A stretch of 64,000 bases of DNA from Okamejei kenojei (taxonomy: Eukaryota): positions 5,146,001 through 5,210,000 of the forward strand of contig CM069154.1 in assembly GCA_035221665.1 (NCBI GenBank), given 5' to 3'. Made by a program: the position numbers and the translations under genes. The notes beneath the pieces were generated by a model. That model was given only the letters and a program-made list of their open reading frames with translations, had not been told where the DNA came from and ran no database searches. The first letter of the stretch is position 1, and every line of letters begins with the position of its first letter. Below are positions 24,886 through 39,903 of the stretch, piece after piece.

Positions 24886-27800
24886 CGTGAGTTTAAATAT
24901 GTTCCTGATGTGGCCATTTCAATATGATGTATTTTCTAGAATCGAAAGATAAGAGATCTCACAGAGAGGATAACAATGAAACCCAGGTAAGGATGTGAAG
25001 TGTGAAGTGTCTGAATTTTTGAGAATATAGAAACTAATATTATGTAGCATAACACAGGCCATTCAGCCCCACTAGTCCACTCCAGCGTTAATACTAAACG
25101 CCAATCTCTATGCATCCTTCTTCACTAAACCCCATCAACATCAACAAGGGTGGCACTCGGGGTGGGACAGCTTGTAGAGCTGCTGCCTCACAGCGCCAGA
25201 GACCCAGGTTCGATCCTGACCGCGTGGAGTTTGTACATTCTCCCTGCGACCACGTGAGTTTCCTCCAGGTGCTCCAGTTTCCATCCACATCTCAAAGACG
25301 TGTGGGTTTGTAGGTTAATTGGCTTCTGCAAATTGTCCCTTGCTTTTCGCGAGTGGATAAGAAAATGGGATAACATAACATAATTCTTTATGGCTCTAAA
25401 TCACTGAAGTCCGATTAAAGACATCTCAAAGTTTTCCAATGAGGTAGATGAGAGGTCAGGACAGCAGTGAAGCTGATGTGTGGGACATCTTTTACCCAGG
25501 GGATAAAATTCTCCTAAATTACATCAACGATGCTCAGAATTATCTGTCCCTTGCGACAACACATCCTCAGTAAATGCCCCTCTGATCCTTCGGGGTGACA
25601 TGGTGGGACACAACGGTAGCATTACGGCCTTACAGCGCCAGAGACCCAGGTTCGATCCTGACTATGGGTTCTGTCTGTACAAAATTTGTACATTCTCCCC
25701 GTGACCACATGGATTTTCTCCAAGATCTTCGGTTTCCTACGACACTCCAAAGACGTACAGGTTTGTAAGTTAATTGGCTTGGTAAATTGGATAATTGGCT
25801 TGGGAACACGCGGTATCCACGAGGACATGGGGGGCCTTCTGTGAACGCTGGTCGCCGCGGGAGATAGAGTGTTTTGTTGGCAAAGATGGCGATATACTAA
25901 TTTGATGATCGTTTGTTTGTAAATTGTCAACATGAGCAGTCTTTGATTGTGTTAATACTCTGTATGTTTATTTTTATTTTTTGAATAAAAGTATTTACAT
26001 AATAATTAAAGAAACACTTTGGACAGTACTCAGGGCTGAGCTGAGGCCACAAAGTAACTCAACGCGTTAGGCAAAAGATTCTGTACTCTTAAAATTTCAC
26101 CTTTAAATGTCCTCCATTTCTCTTCTCCATCCTTCCCATAAAACAAAATGTCCCAATTCACTCCTTTTAAATCCTTTCTTAAGCAGAGCTGTGCAAAGAT
26201 ACAAAATAGGAACAATATCACAAGATCCACTGGGATCATATTTGCTTTAAAAACAGAAAACTATGGACCTTGAATTTCTTTATTTCATGATCTCCTTCTC
26301 GGGTAAGTGCCTGCAATTGGTCTTGGCTGCATATTGGTACATGCTGATAGATAAATTAGGTTTTAGTGGAACTATGGACAATTGGGAGAGGTTGACTTGC
26401 CTAATGATAAGATTGTTCACATCAACAGTTGGGCGGCACGGTGGCGCAGCGGTAGAGTGGCTGCCTTACATCGCCAGAGATCCGGGTTCAATCCTGACTA
26501 TGGGTGCTGTCTGTATGGAGTTTGTACGTTCTCCTCGTGACTCCAGAGATGTACATATTTATGTTAATTGGCTTAGTATAATGGTAAATTGTCCCTAGTG
26601 TGTGTAGGATAGTGCTCGTGTGCTTAAATCGCTGGTCGGCGTGGACTCCGTGCACCGACGAGCCAGTTTCCGCGCTGTACGTCTACAATAAACTAAACAA
26701 CGTTCGCTTGTATGGATTGGAAATCATTCAGTCTCCATTAACCAACCTCTATAATCTGCAATGTATATTGTTCACAGAAGATCAAACATACCCAACTATG
26801 GGAACTGGTTGGTCGAATCTGAGGGGCCGACCCCTCTTTGTACTTGTGGGAGGTTGATGCTCACAAATCAGTCCTCTTGCCTCCTACATTACGACAGTGA
26901 CTGCATTAAAAACCTCATGATTGTCTGCAAATTGTTTGGAAATTCTCTGACGATATTTCAAGTCATCCTTGTTTCCTCTGCTTTGTGCAGCATCTGTTCT
27001 TGATAGATTGATTTGAATTTTCTTTCCAAATAATTAAAGCCATTTTAAGCATTTTAATTCCGAGCACACTTATCCGTTATCTATACTTTTTAATTGGTTT
27101 CGGCTTCACTAACTGGGCTGGAAGCCAACCCAAAAATGTCGCTTATGCTTCTCCACAGATTCTGCCCAACCCGCTGAGTTACTCCAGCACTTCATGTCCT
27201 GTTCTGAGCCTATCGTGTCAGTATAAGGATGGTTAGGTGATTGGGGAAAAATGTAATATGATATGAAGAATTGTGAAATTATCTATCTTGACATGAAGCA
27301 AGGAAAAGCAGAATATTTTTTAAGAGCTGCCAGAATGGTTAAACTTTGGCATTCCTTGGAATCTCGCTGTCACGTTTGTGAACCCGTTTCAATTATGTGA
27401 GGAGTTCAGGAAGTGAAAAAAAACGTAACTTAAAGCAATATACATATATCTCGGAATGAAGTAAGACATAATATTTTATGCAGCAAGAAATTATGATTTG
27501 CCAGTTTCACATTTAAACATTCAAATGAAACAGATGTCTCTTGCCGAGAGTAGGTGAATTGTGGACCAGAGGACATAAGGTTAAGGTGAAGGGGAAAAGA
27601 TTTAATAGAAATTTGATGGGTAACTTTTTCACATGTAGGGTGGTGGACGTATGGAACAAGTTGCCAGAGGAGATAGTTGAGGCTGGAACTATCCCAACAT
27701 TCCAGAAACAGTTAAACACGTACATGGATAAGACAAGTTTGGAGGGATATGGGCAAAACATGGGCAGTTGGGATTAGTGTAACTGGGACATGTTGGCAAA

Positions 27801-30195
27801 TTGGGCCGAAGGGCCTATTTTCATGCTGTATCACTCTATGACTCTATGTAGGGTGAATTAGAATTTGATGAGAGAAACAATAGACAATAGGTGCAGGAGT
27901 AGGCAATTCGGCCCTTCGAGCCAGCACCGCCATTCAATGTGATCATGGCTGATCATCCACAATCAGTACCCCATTCCTGCCTTCTCCCTAGATCCCCTGA
28001 CACCGCTATCCTTAAGAGCCCTATCTAGCTCTCTCTTGAAAGTATCCAGAGAACGTCTGTGGATATTTTTAAGGCAGAGATGGATGGATTCTTAATTAGT
28101 ACAGGTGTCTTAGGTTATGGGGAGAAGGCAGGAAAGTGGGGTTAGGAGGGAGAGATGGATCAGCCATGATTGAATGGCGGAGTAGACTTGATGGGCCGAA
28201 TGGCCTAAATTCTACACTTATCACCTATGAACATTTTACACAGCAATTCAATTGGTAATAAAGTGAAAAGTTCACATTCTGGAGAGCCAGCTTTGAGTTT
28301 CTAGTCTACGTACTGCTGTCTTTTGGGTGAATGTCAGGATGTACAGAAGTGTCTGCAAAACATTGGTGCCTTTTTGGCAGTGACTCCGATAAATAAAAAG
28401 TTTGGAGCTGAGTTCCAGAGGTCACCCCTCACCCTGCCACTATGTCCTACAGTGGTATAGGACAGGCAGCACACCTTCCCCACTGACGATCAAGGAGCCT
28501 CTGTGTGGAGATAGATGAATAGATCAATCCAGGTCATGTTCATAAGTTATTAGAGCAGCATTAGGACATTCGGCCCATCAAGTCCACTCCGCCATTCAAT
28601 CAATCATGGCTGATCTATCTTTTTCTCTTGACCCCATTCTTCCTGCCTTCTCCCCATAATCCCTGACACCCGGACTAATCAAGCATTTATCAATCTCCGC
28701 CTTAGAAATACCCATTGGCCTCCCCATCCTTCGATTGCAATGATTTCCACTTGATTCACCACCCTCTGACTAAAGAAATTCCTTCTCATCTCCTTTCTCA
28801 AAGTATGTCTTTTATTCTGAGCCTAGGGCACAGATTCATCACCCTCTCTCTCAAGGGTGTCTTGGGTGACTTACACAGGCTAACTGGGCCACACCAAGGG
28901 CCAGCGTAGACATCCAGCAAAAGGTCAGTCTGTGGCAGGGTGTGGTGGAGATGCCCCTCAAAATAAGGGAAGGTATTCCACGCCAATGGGCCACATGAGT
29001 GGCGAGGGTGTGGGGTAAATTTGTGTAATTTGTGTAAACAGTATTGAATGTATGTTTCGCCTCCGAGGGATGTCGGATGGAGATTTGTAAGGATCATGTA
29101 TTGTATATATTTATTTCTTGAATAAAGTATTTTTTGAAATTTTAAAAAAAAACGGAGTTGTTGGTTCAACTCCCACTCCTGAAGCCCGAGGACTGATGGA
29201 GTGCGGTACTGAGGGAGTTCACCACTGCTGGAGGTGAAGTCACTTTGCCGAGGCATTTAGCTGATCTGCTGTCTGCTCTGTCCCAAGTCACTGAGAAAGG
29301 TCACCTGGAGATAGTTCGTGCCAGAATAGTGGAGAGTCTCCTTGTTCTGGGGGCAAGAGTTATCCGTACAAACCAAGATCAACAAGGCAAGCTGTAGGTA
29401 GTTATCTCCCTTCTCTACAGGGAGCTAGCTGTGTGCAATTTGGCTGCACATAGCACGACGACAATCGTTGATGGAAGTCTCCACTGAAACTCGAGTGTTG
29501 AGCAATTTATCATTAGCACCTCACCCAGAACAGTGAGGCGCGTGGCTAAACATAATTCAAGGTGCTTAGTAAATAATTCTAAAGAACAGAGCATTTTATA
29601 ATGCATCACACCAGAATAGTGGAGGATCTCCTTGTTCTGGGGCAAGAGGTATCCCATCAACCAAGGACACCAAAGTAATCTGTAGGATAGTTTTTGTTTT
29701 TTAAAGGGAGCTTGTTGTGTCCAAATTAGATGCACACAGGACTGCAAGGGTGGAAATGTAGAAACAAGGAACTGCAGATACTGGTTTATACCAAAGATAG
29801 GCACAAAGTGCTGGAGTATCTCAGCGGGTCAAGCAGCTTCTCTGGAGAAAAAGGATGGGTAACATTTCGGGATGGGACCCTTCAGAGTGGTCCTGACCTC
29901 CCAACTACACCATTCGAGACCTTGGAACTATCTTTAATCGGATTTCACTAGACTGTATCTTGCACTGAACATTACGGAGGGAGAGCTGTACTGAGGAAGC
30001 TCCGCATTGGAAACATAGAAGCATAGAAATTAGGCGTTGGAGTAAGCCATTCGGCCCTTCGAACCAGCACCACCATTCAATATGATCATGGCTGATCAAC
30101 CTAAATCAGTACCCAGTTCCTGCTTTCTCCCCATATCCCTTGATTCCGTTTGTCCTAAGTGCTGTGTCTAAAGTTGCTGGAGGTGCTGTCACTCT

Positions 30196-33100
30196 TATGA
30201 TGAATATTTTTTATTAGTTGTAAATACATATTAATAAAAAATACTTCTTACATACATTCATAATATTATTAATATTAATATTAACATTTAAGGCTTTATA
30301 TTTCTATACATTAAAAAAAAAATTTATAAAGTAAGAAAAGATAGAGAAAAATAATATAGAAAATAAGGAAGTGAATGGAGTATTAAAAAGTTATCCATCG
30401 GTGGAGATATATCCATGATTTATTATACGTAATTCTTCATCCATTCTATCATTCAGGCCTCAGTCAGGCTCTCGCACTGAGCCACTTTGACCCTGTAGAT
30501 ATTCAATATATGGAGACCATATCCCTCTGAAAAGATCCAACCTGTTCATTAGGACAAGCCTCAATCTTTCCAGATGGAGTGTTTCCGACATTTCTGTATT
30601 CCACATTTTGATTGTGGGGGATGTAGGACCTTTCCAGAATTTTAATATTAATTTTTACCCAATTATTAAACTATAATCAATAAAAATTCTTTGATTTGTT
30701 GTTATTAATTGATCTGTTTCCAGTATTCCCAGTATTATTAACTTTGAGTCAAATATCAGGTTCATATTAACCACATTCGAAATTATCCTAAACATTTCTA
30801 TCCAAAATTTTGTAATTTTTACACAATTTGTATATGAGTGTGTCAGATTAGCTTCTAACCATATAACCATATAACCATATAACAATTACTGTCTCGTTGT
30901 GCCGACCATTTGAGTCATCTACCTGCACTCAGACCATACCCCTCCATTCCCTTCACGTCCCATATACATCCACTTTACTTTTAAATGTTAAAATCGATCC
31001 TGCCTCCCCACCACCTCTGCTGGAAGCTCATTTCTGAGTAAACATTTAAAAACTTCTGTAATTCTCATGTCATGCCCTCTTGTTTGAATCTGTCTATATC
31101 ATTTTAAGACCTCAATCAAGTGCGCTCCAAAGAATTAACTGTAACATAGTTGCTGTAGTAAATCTCCTCTGTACTCTCTCTATTTTGTAGTTGTACACCA
31201 TAAGAATTGAGTGTTTCTTTACCACCCTACATGCGATTCCACCTTTCAGGGACGCACAGTTATTCAGTTCCCTGGTCCTATTTTGTAAGATGTTGCACTT
31301 ATCAGCATTAAACTCCATCTCATCCAAAAGGCATCTCTCACTTCTGGTCTGATCATTGATTACATGACCTGGACCCATTCGTGTTTCACCATGTTGTTTT
31401 GGATTGTCTATATATTTCTGTTAATGGGACTTTCATCATTTTGGTCCAATAGGATATTATTGGTATGATATCATTTTTTCTGTGTTCGGGTGTTTATTTA
31501 GACATTCATCTAAAATTTTGTCTTTCTATTTATAAATTCCTGTGTGTTTGCTTTTACATAGTCTCTGATTTGTAAGTAACTAAAATAATCTTTGGAATGT
31601 AATCCATAAATTTGTTGTAAATCTTGAAATGAAAGGAATTTTTCCCTGTAGAGATCGCCCATCTTATTAATTCCCTTATTTTTCCATTGTAAAAAGCCAT
31701 TTAATGTTTTAGAAACATAGAAACATAGAAATTAGGTGCATTTCAAGCCCTTCGAGCCTTCGATTCAATTTATGGCTGATCATCAACTCAGTAATACCCT
31801 CTGATTTATCCAACTCACACTTAAATATAGCCAATGGTCAACTACCCTCTGTGGCAGAGAGTAGTGTGTGATATCTCGGTCTTAAAGGATTTCAATGTTT
31901 GTCCTGGAATCGTCTTCCTGCATCTAGCCTGTCCAACCCCTTAAGAATTTTGTAGGGTTTCCAATCTCCTAAATTCCACCGAGTATTCCAGTCTTTTCTA
32001 AGACAGTCCCTACATAGGGTTTACTATAGACCAAACTGCACGCAATTTTGTGGTCTTACCTAAATTGCTCCTGTACTCATATTGGCAAATATTATTGAAA
32101 AACTGATTTCGAAAGGAGAACAATCTTCTTTTTCCATTTTTAACTACAATTGGTTGGTTATCTGTCTCTACTAAACAAAAAATTCATATTTTTAATATTA
32201 ACTGCCCAGTAATAAAACATAAAGTTTGGTAGTGCCAAACCTCCATTTTTAATTTATCATAAATGTTTTTTATTTATTCTATGGCTCTTATAATCCCAAA
32301 TAAAGTTAGTAACTAGAGAGTCCACCTTCCTAAAAAAATTTTTTAGGAAGATATATCGGAATTAATTGGAAAAGATAAGTAATTGCGGAAGAAAAATCAT
32401 TTTTATACATTAATTTTACCTAACATTGAAATGGGTAGAGTTTTCCAATATAAAATGTTCTCATTTAATTTATTCAATAATAGTGGGAAGTTGGATTTAA
32501 ATAAAGAATCAAATCTTTTTGTTACATAAATTCCAAGATATTTAATTTTTTTTGTTTGTTATCTTAAAAGGAAATTGTTGTAATATGTGTAGGTTATTTA
32601 CCATTATTGGCATAAGTTCACTTTTATTCCAATTGATACTATATCCTGAAAAAGATCCGAAATTCAGTTATTAATTTTAATACATTTTGGATACTAATTT
32701 CCGGTTTTGTGATATAAAGTAATACATCATCCGCATATAAGGAGATTTTATTTTTAGTATCTCTAGTATCATACCCATATATTTCAGGATGAGATCTCAC
32801 CCATCTGAGCTAATGGTTCTATTGCAAGTGCAAAGAGTAGTGGGGATAAAGGGCAACCTTGTCTACAGCCTCGAGATAAACTGAATTTAGTTGATAGCAT
32901 TTGATTTGTTATTATTCTGACTGTTGGGTTAGTGTATAATAATTTGACCCAAGTAATGAACTTCTCTCCCAATTTAAAAGTTTCCATAACCGAAAACAAA
33001 TAAGACCATTCCACCTGATCGAAGGCTTTCTCCGCATCTAACAAAATAACTACTAGATCTTTTTTAATACCTCTTTTCGAATATATAATATTGAATAAAC

Positions 33101-35021
33101 GTCTCAGATTATATGAGGAATACCGTTTTGGTATAAAATCCTGTTTGATCGGGATGAATTAATTCGTTAATAACTATGCTTAGCCTTTGTGCTAATATTT
33201 TAGTTAATATCTTTTGATCAGTATTTAAAAGAGCTATAGCTCTAAATGATCCTGGTTCATCCAGATCTTTGTTTATTTTAGGTATAAGTGTTATAAATGA
33301 TTCATTTAACATTTCTGGTAGTTTCTGCTGTGTATATATATATATTCATATAATGTTTTCAGGCGTGGTGAATCTGATCATAAAATGTTTTATAAAATTC
33401 CGAGCCAATACCATCTGGTCCCGGTGTTTTACCATTTTTTAATGATCTAATAGATTCTTGGATTTCTTTTACTGAAATTTCAGCATTTAATGATTCTCTA
33501 TTTTGTGAATCCAACCCATTCAGATTACATTTTTTTTTTAATGCTTCTGTTCCTATCTTGTTTTCTGTTGTTTTAGCGGTGTATAAGTGTTTATAATATT
33601 GCAGAAATCTCTCATTAATATCTTTAGGTCGTATTAAAAGTTCGCCATTATGTGATTTAATGTACCGGTGAATATCTCCAAAGGAGCATTCTCGTCCAGT
33701 TGGATTTTTCTACTCTCCAAACATCTTTAATATTAGTAGTTTCCATATATGCATTTAATACGTCACTGGAATGGGATTTGATTTTCCTTTGTCTTGTAGA
33801 TCTGTCTAAGTAAGGATCTAATGTACAATTTAAATCTCCTCCAATTATTAGGTTATATTGTGTTATTTCCGGGATATTGTTAAATATTTTCTTGAAAAAC
33901 AATGGACTATCAAAGTTTGGTCCATATACATTACCAAAGATCATTTTTTGTGCATTTAATTCTCCTATTACAATAATGTATCTGCCATCGTTATCAGTTA
34001 TAGTTGATGTATGTTTGAATAAAATGCCTTTACGAAATAATATTGCTACACCTCTTGATTTGTGTGTAAAAGAAGAATGATACGTTTTATCTATCCATTT
34101 AGCTTTCAGCCTATGCGCAGCATCTTTTTTTAAATGAGTTTCTTGAATAAAAATTACATCAGCTTTAATTGCTTTGAAATGTGCTAATACTTTACCTCTC
34201 TTAATTGGTTCATTAATACCTTTAACGTTCCAGCTGCAAAACGTTATTCCTTTATTCCCCGTATTCATTTTTAAGTCTTGCATCTTTTGTCTATGGGGGT
34301 CTGTAATAGAGCCAATGGTTCAGCCCGACAGAACCGACCTTGCACCCGAACACCGAATAGATGAATTTTAAGTCCCTTGAATGCCTCTCACGTGTATATC
34401 TCCTTTGATCCAATATATAACTCCATTCAAACTGAAAAAAACAACAATAGTTTATAAAAGAAAAGAAGAGAGGATAGATTAAGAGGTTAGTATAGTGCAC
34501 AAAGGGGGTAAAAACTACATCTAGTATTATTGTAGTTAGTGCTAGCCATACTAGCATGGCTAACCATCTACCGACTTCCGTAGTTGATGTTACTAACTTA
34601 ACCAGCTCCCTGGTTTTTTGGAATTATTATTCCATAATGATGTTTTACCGGGGATATTAAATTAAAAAATATTCGGATTATAATAATCGAAAATGTGAGA
34701 ATACATATATTTAAAACTTATTTGAAAATCTAATTATAAAAAAAACACACGAAAAGAAAGGAAAACAAGAAATAAAAATGAAAATTACTGGTACAAAATA
34801 AAAGTTTCCAAAGGGGACAAATGACATCAGGCTCTATATTTGACTCTAATCATTCCAATATAAATGAACATTAGTCATTAGTAATAATGATTAATTCTAA
34901 TTAATAAAAATGATACAGTATAATTTTAATATTTATTAGTTATTATATTAGTAGTAAAATTAGTGATTAATGAAAATACCACAGTATAATTTTAATATTT
35001 ATTAGTTGTTTGTATTACTGG
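30196..35021 (-). mobile_element. L1-like LINE covering essentially all of ORF2, unit-B specific, defective, with nested CR1 fragments
   Basis: APE endonuclease (SWNVKGIN, IQETHL, GGDLNC; 33657-34283) and RT (DAEKAFD, GCRQGCPLSP). 18-bp TSD tggaggtgctgtcactct (30178-30195, 35022-35039). Empty site at ~2514-2531. Confidence 0.92.
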
Positions 35022-36071
35022 TGGAGGTGCTGTCACTCTGTTGAGGCATTTAGCTGGCCTGCTGCTTTGCTGCCTGCTCTCTCATGCCTGCTCTCTCTCT
35101 TCAGAGCGGCACGGTGGTTGCAGCGGTTAGCTGCTGCCTCACAGCGCCAGAGACCCGGGTTCAATCCTTACTACGGGTGCTGTCTGTGTGCAGTTTGAAC
35201 GTTCTCACTGTGACCTTGTGGGTTTCCTCCAGGTGCTCCGGCTTCCTCCCACATCCCTAACACATGCGAGTTTGTAGGTTACATACCTCTGCAAGATTGT
35301 CGCAAATGTGTAGGGAATTGATGAGAAAGTGGGATAACAGAACTAGTGTTTACAGGTAGACAAAAATGCTGGAGAAAGTCAGCGTTTTTGTCTACCTTCG
35401 CTTTTCCAGCATCTGCAGTTCCTTCTTAAACACAGTGTGTACAGGTGATCAATGGTCGGCGTGGACTCGGTGGGCCAATGGGCCTGTTTCCATGCGGTAT
35501 CTCTAAACCAAACTAATCTTTCTCATAGCCTACATGTTATCCTGGCCTGTTCCTACATCAAAATTAATTTAAAAACATCCATTGACCTCCACATCCTCCG
35601 ATCTGCAATAAGTAGCTATATGAACCATATTACCTGATACAGCACCCCAGGTATTGTATAAGCATTGTATAATCACTTGCATTTTGGATAGAATTATGCC
35701 AAACAGCAGAACTGGTTTTGTTTAAAAGGCTCTTTATTAACAAACATATTTTATTGGTTAACCTAAGCTGCTCTTGTCATTAGAGGTGAGTAATTAGTGA
35801 TCAATTGATATAATAACCAGATGGGTCTTTCAAAAGCATCGTGTTATAGGAAAGATGTTGTCTAGCTGGAAAGGGTAGAGAGAAGATTTACGAGGATGTT
35901 GCCAGGATTACATGGTCTGAGCTATAGGGAGAGGTTGAGTAGGCTGGGTTTCTATTCATTGGAGCACAGGAGGATGAGGGTTGATTTTATAGAGATGTAT
36001 AAAATTACAAGAGGAATAGATCGGGTGGATGCACAGTGTCTCTTGCCCAGCGCAGGTGAATCGAGGACCTG

Positions 36072-37766
36072 ATATAGTAGTGGCCAGAGGATCTGGGGTG
36101 ACAGAGGAACTGAAGGAAATCCACATTAGGCAGGAAATGGTGTTGGATAGACTGATGGGACTGAAGGCTGATAAATCCCCAGGGCCTGATGGTCTGCATC
36201 CCAGGGTACTTAAGGAAGTGGCTCTAGAAATCGTGGATGCATTGGTGATAATTTTCCAATGTTCTATAGACTCGGGATCAGTTCCTGTGGATCGGAGGGT
36301 AGCTCATGTTATCCCACTTTTTAAGAAAGGCGGGAGAGAGAAAAACGGGGAATTATAGACCAGTTAGCCTGACATCGGGGGTGGGGAAGCTGCTGGAGTC
36401 AATTATAAAAGATGAGATAGCCGCACATTTGGATAGCAGTAACAGGACCAGTCCGAGTCAGCATGGATTTACAAAGGGGAAATCATGCTTGACTAATCTT
36501 TTGGAATTTTTTGAAGATGTAACTAGGAAAATGGACAAGGGGGAGCTAGTGGATGTAGTGTACCTGGACTTTCAGAAAGCAATGATAAGGTCCCACATTG
36601 GAGATTAGTGGGCAAAATTAGGGCACATGGTATTGGGGGTAGAGTGCTGACATGGATAGAGAAGTGGTTGGCAGGCAGGAAACAAAGAGTAGGGATTAAC
36701 GGGTCCCTTTCAGAATGGCAGGCAGTGACTAGTGGGGTACCGCAAGGCTCGGTGCTGGGACCGCAGCTATTTATAATATACATCAATGATTTGGATGCAG
36801 GGATTCAAAGTAACATTAGCAAATTTGCAGATGACACAAAGCTGGGTGGCAGTGTGAACTGTGAGGAGGATGCTATGAGAATGCAGGGTGTCATGGTGAG
36901 GTTGGGGGAGTGGGCAGATGCATGGCAGATGAAGTTTAATGCAGATAAACGTGAGGTTATCCACTTTGGTAGCAAAAACAGGAAGGCAGATTACTATCTA
37001 AATGGCGTCAAGTTGGGAAAAGAGGAAGTACAACGGGATCTGGGGGTCCTTGTACATCAGTCTATGAAAGTAAGCATGCAGGTACAGCAGGCAGTGAAGA
37101 AAGGAAATGGCATGTTGGCCTTTATAACAAGAGGAATCGAATATAGGAGCAAAGAGGTCCTTCTGCAGTTGTACAGAGCCCTAGTGAGACCACACCTGGA
37201 GTATTGTGTGCAGTTTTGGTCCCCTAATTTGTGGAAGGATATTCTTGCTATTGAGGTAGTGCAGCGTAGGTTTACAAGGTTAATTCCTGGGATGGCGGGA
37301 CTGTCATATGCTGAAAGAATGGTGCAGCTGGGCTTGTACACTCTGGAGTTTATAAGGATGAAAGGATATCTCATTGTAACATATAAGATTGTTAAGGGCT
37401 TGGACACGCTAGAGGCAGGAAACATGTTCCCGATGTTGGGGGAATCCAGAACCAGGGGTCACAGTTTAAGAATAAGGAGTAAGCCATTTAGAACTGAGAC
37501 GAGGAACACTTTTTCTCACAGGGAGTGGTGAGTCTGTGGAAGTGTCTGCCTCAGAGGACGGTGGAAGCAGGTTCTCTGGATGCTTTCAAGAGAGAGCTAG
37601 ATAGGGCTCTTAAAAATAGCGGAGTCAAGGGATCTGGGGAGAAGGCAGGAACGGGGTACTGATTGGGGATGATCAGATATGATCACATTGAATGGCGGTG
37701 CTGCCTCGAAGGGGCAAATGGCCCACTCCTGCACCTATTGTCTATTGTCTGTTGTCTATTGTCTAT
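36072..37766 (+). mobile_element. CR1 LINE (RT region to 3' end) nested in an older CR1 fragment (~35845-37915)
   Basis: KSPGPDGLHPRVLKE, NYRPVSLTS, GVPQGSVLGP, KFADDTK, VRPHLEYCVQFW, (TATTGTC)n tail. Confidence 0.93.
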
Positions 37767-39903
37767 TGACCATAGGTGTAATGTGAAGGGGAAAAGATTC
37801 AATAGGAATCTGAGGGGTAATGTTTTCACTCAAAGGGTGGTGGGTGTATGGAACAAACTGCCAGAGGAGGTAGTGAGGCAGGGACTATCCCAACGTTTAA
37901 GAAAGAGTTAGATAGGTTAAGTCAAGTCAAGTTTATTCGTCAGATACACATACGGGATGTGCAGTGAAATGAAAAGTGGCAGTGGTCGCGGACTTTGTGC
38001 AAAAGAACAAACAAACAAATAACGAACAAACTACAAACAGGGGATTGGGGAAGGTTACTTGGATAGGACAGGTTTGGAGGGATATGGGGCAAACGTGGGC
38101 AGGTGGAACTAGTGTAGCTGGCCTGGGACATGTTGGCTGGTGTGGGCAAGTTGGGCTGAAGGGCCTGTTTCCACACTGTGTCACTCTATGACTCTATGTG
38201 TATGGCAATTATTTTGGAAAAGAGCTTCATGAAAGCATTTCACGGCATTTCTACTGTTAAACCAGGTAATGGGGGAGAATCGAGAAGTTAACCCTCACTC
38301 TTGTTTAGTGCAGTTACCCCTTCTACTCAAGTAGTGTCACAGTACACTAATGTGAGGCATTTATCTGTTTACAATACTGACATTAGGATGGCATAGTAAT
38401 GCAGCGGTAGAGTTGCTGCCTCACAACGCCAGGTCAAACGTGGGCAAGTGGGACTAGTGGACTACAGTGGCACGGTGGCGCAGTGGTAGAGTTGCAGTCT
38501 CACAGCGTTTACAGTCGGGTTCGAACCTGACTACGGGTGCTGTCTGTATGGAGTTTGTACGTTCTCCCCGTGACCGCCTTGGTTTTCTCCGAGATCTTCA
38601 GTTTCCTCCCACACTCCGAAAATGTATAGGTTAGTAGGTTAGTTGGCTTGGTATAAGTGTAAATAGTCCCCAGTGCATGTAGGATGTTAATGCGTGGGGA
38701 TCGCTGTTCGGTGCGGACTCGGTGGGCCGAAGGGCCAGTTTCTACGCTGTATCTCTAAACTAAACCCTTTAAGAATTTTGTAAGTCTCTATAAGATCCCC
38801 CCTCAATCGTCTAAATACTAGCGAGTACAATCCGAGTCTATCCAGTCTTTCTTCATATGAAAGTCCTGTACAGGTGTGTACAGGTGATCAATGGTCGGCG
38901 TGGACTCGGTGGGCCAATGGGCCTGTTTCCATGCGGTATCTCTAAACCAAACTAATTCTACTCTTATCACTTATGGCCTTATGACAAAAATTCAGCCATC
39001 TTATATTACATTGGATTATTTTAATCATTATTCAATATGCAGGGTTTTACACAGCAATTCAATTGGTAGTAAAGTTAAAAGTTCACATTCTGGAGAGCCA
39101 GCTTTGAGTTACAGTCTATGTACTGCTGTCTTTTGGGCGAATATCAGGATGTACAGACGTGTCTGCAAACATAGGTGCAGAAGTCGGCCATTTGCACCGT
39201 CGAGTCCACTTCGCCATTCAATCATGGATGATCTATCTTTCCCCCTCCATCCCATTCTCCTGCCTTCTCCCCACAACTTTTGTCACCCTGAGTAAACCTG
39301 TCAATCTCCAATTTAAAAATATCCATTGACTTTTTAAATTGGAGATTGACAATTTAAAAATATCCACAGCCGTCTGTGGCAATGAATTCCACAGATTCAT
39401 CACCCTCTGGCTAAAGAAATTCCTCCTCAAGTGGTCAACGTATATTGGACATAGGTGGAGTGTGGTGATGCTGTATGGTCAAGGTGATGAGATTTGTACA
39501 TCTCCATCTGGTGAACACCCTCTCTGGCCCTGAAAATCTAAACGATGATTATTGGGCGTCATTCCATCAGAACAACAATATTAATATAACGATTACCCTT
39601 AATTTTTATCTTATTCTTCTAACGTGTGTCCACAGTTCAATACTTGTAATCATTTAACCGTTTTTATATCCCCATTGCTCAATGCTTCAATGGTACTTTA
39701 TTGTCTCATGCACATGGGTACAGTGAAATTTCTTTTGCAAAGAATTCAGTAAAAATCTTACTTTATATAAGCACAGCTGAAGCTACAAATAAGAGTATTA
39801 ATAGCAGATTATATGATGCAGTACACAAGAGTTGCCACATTTCTGGCAGTATTTTATATTCTTAAACATCAAATTGGTAAAAAAGTAGATTCTTATTTTG
39901 GGC

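Larger units (their letters stand above)
1..28070. repeat. Tandem segmental duplication, unit A
   Basis: Sequence from position 1 (aaggcagagatggatggattcttaattagt...) recurs at 28071 and stays colinear with unit B apart from copy-specific insertions and deletions. Confidence 0.93.
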
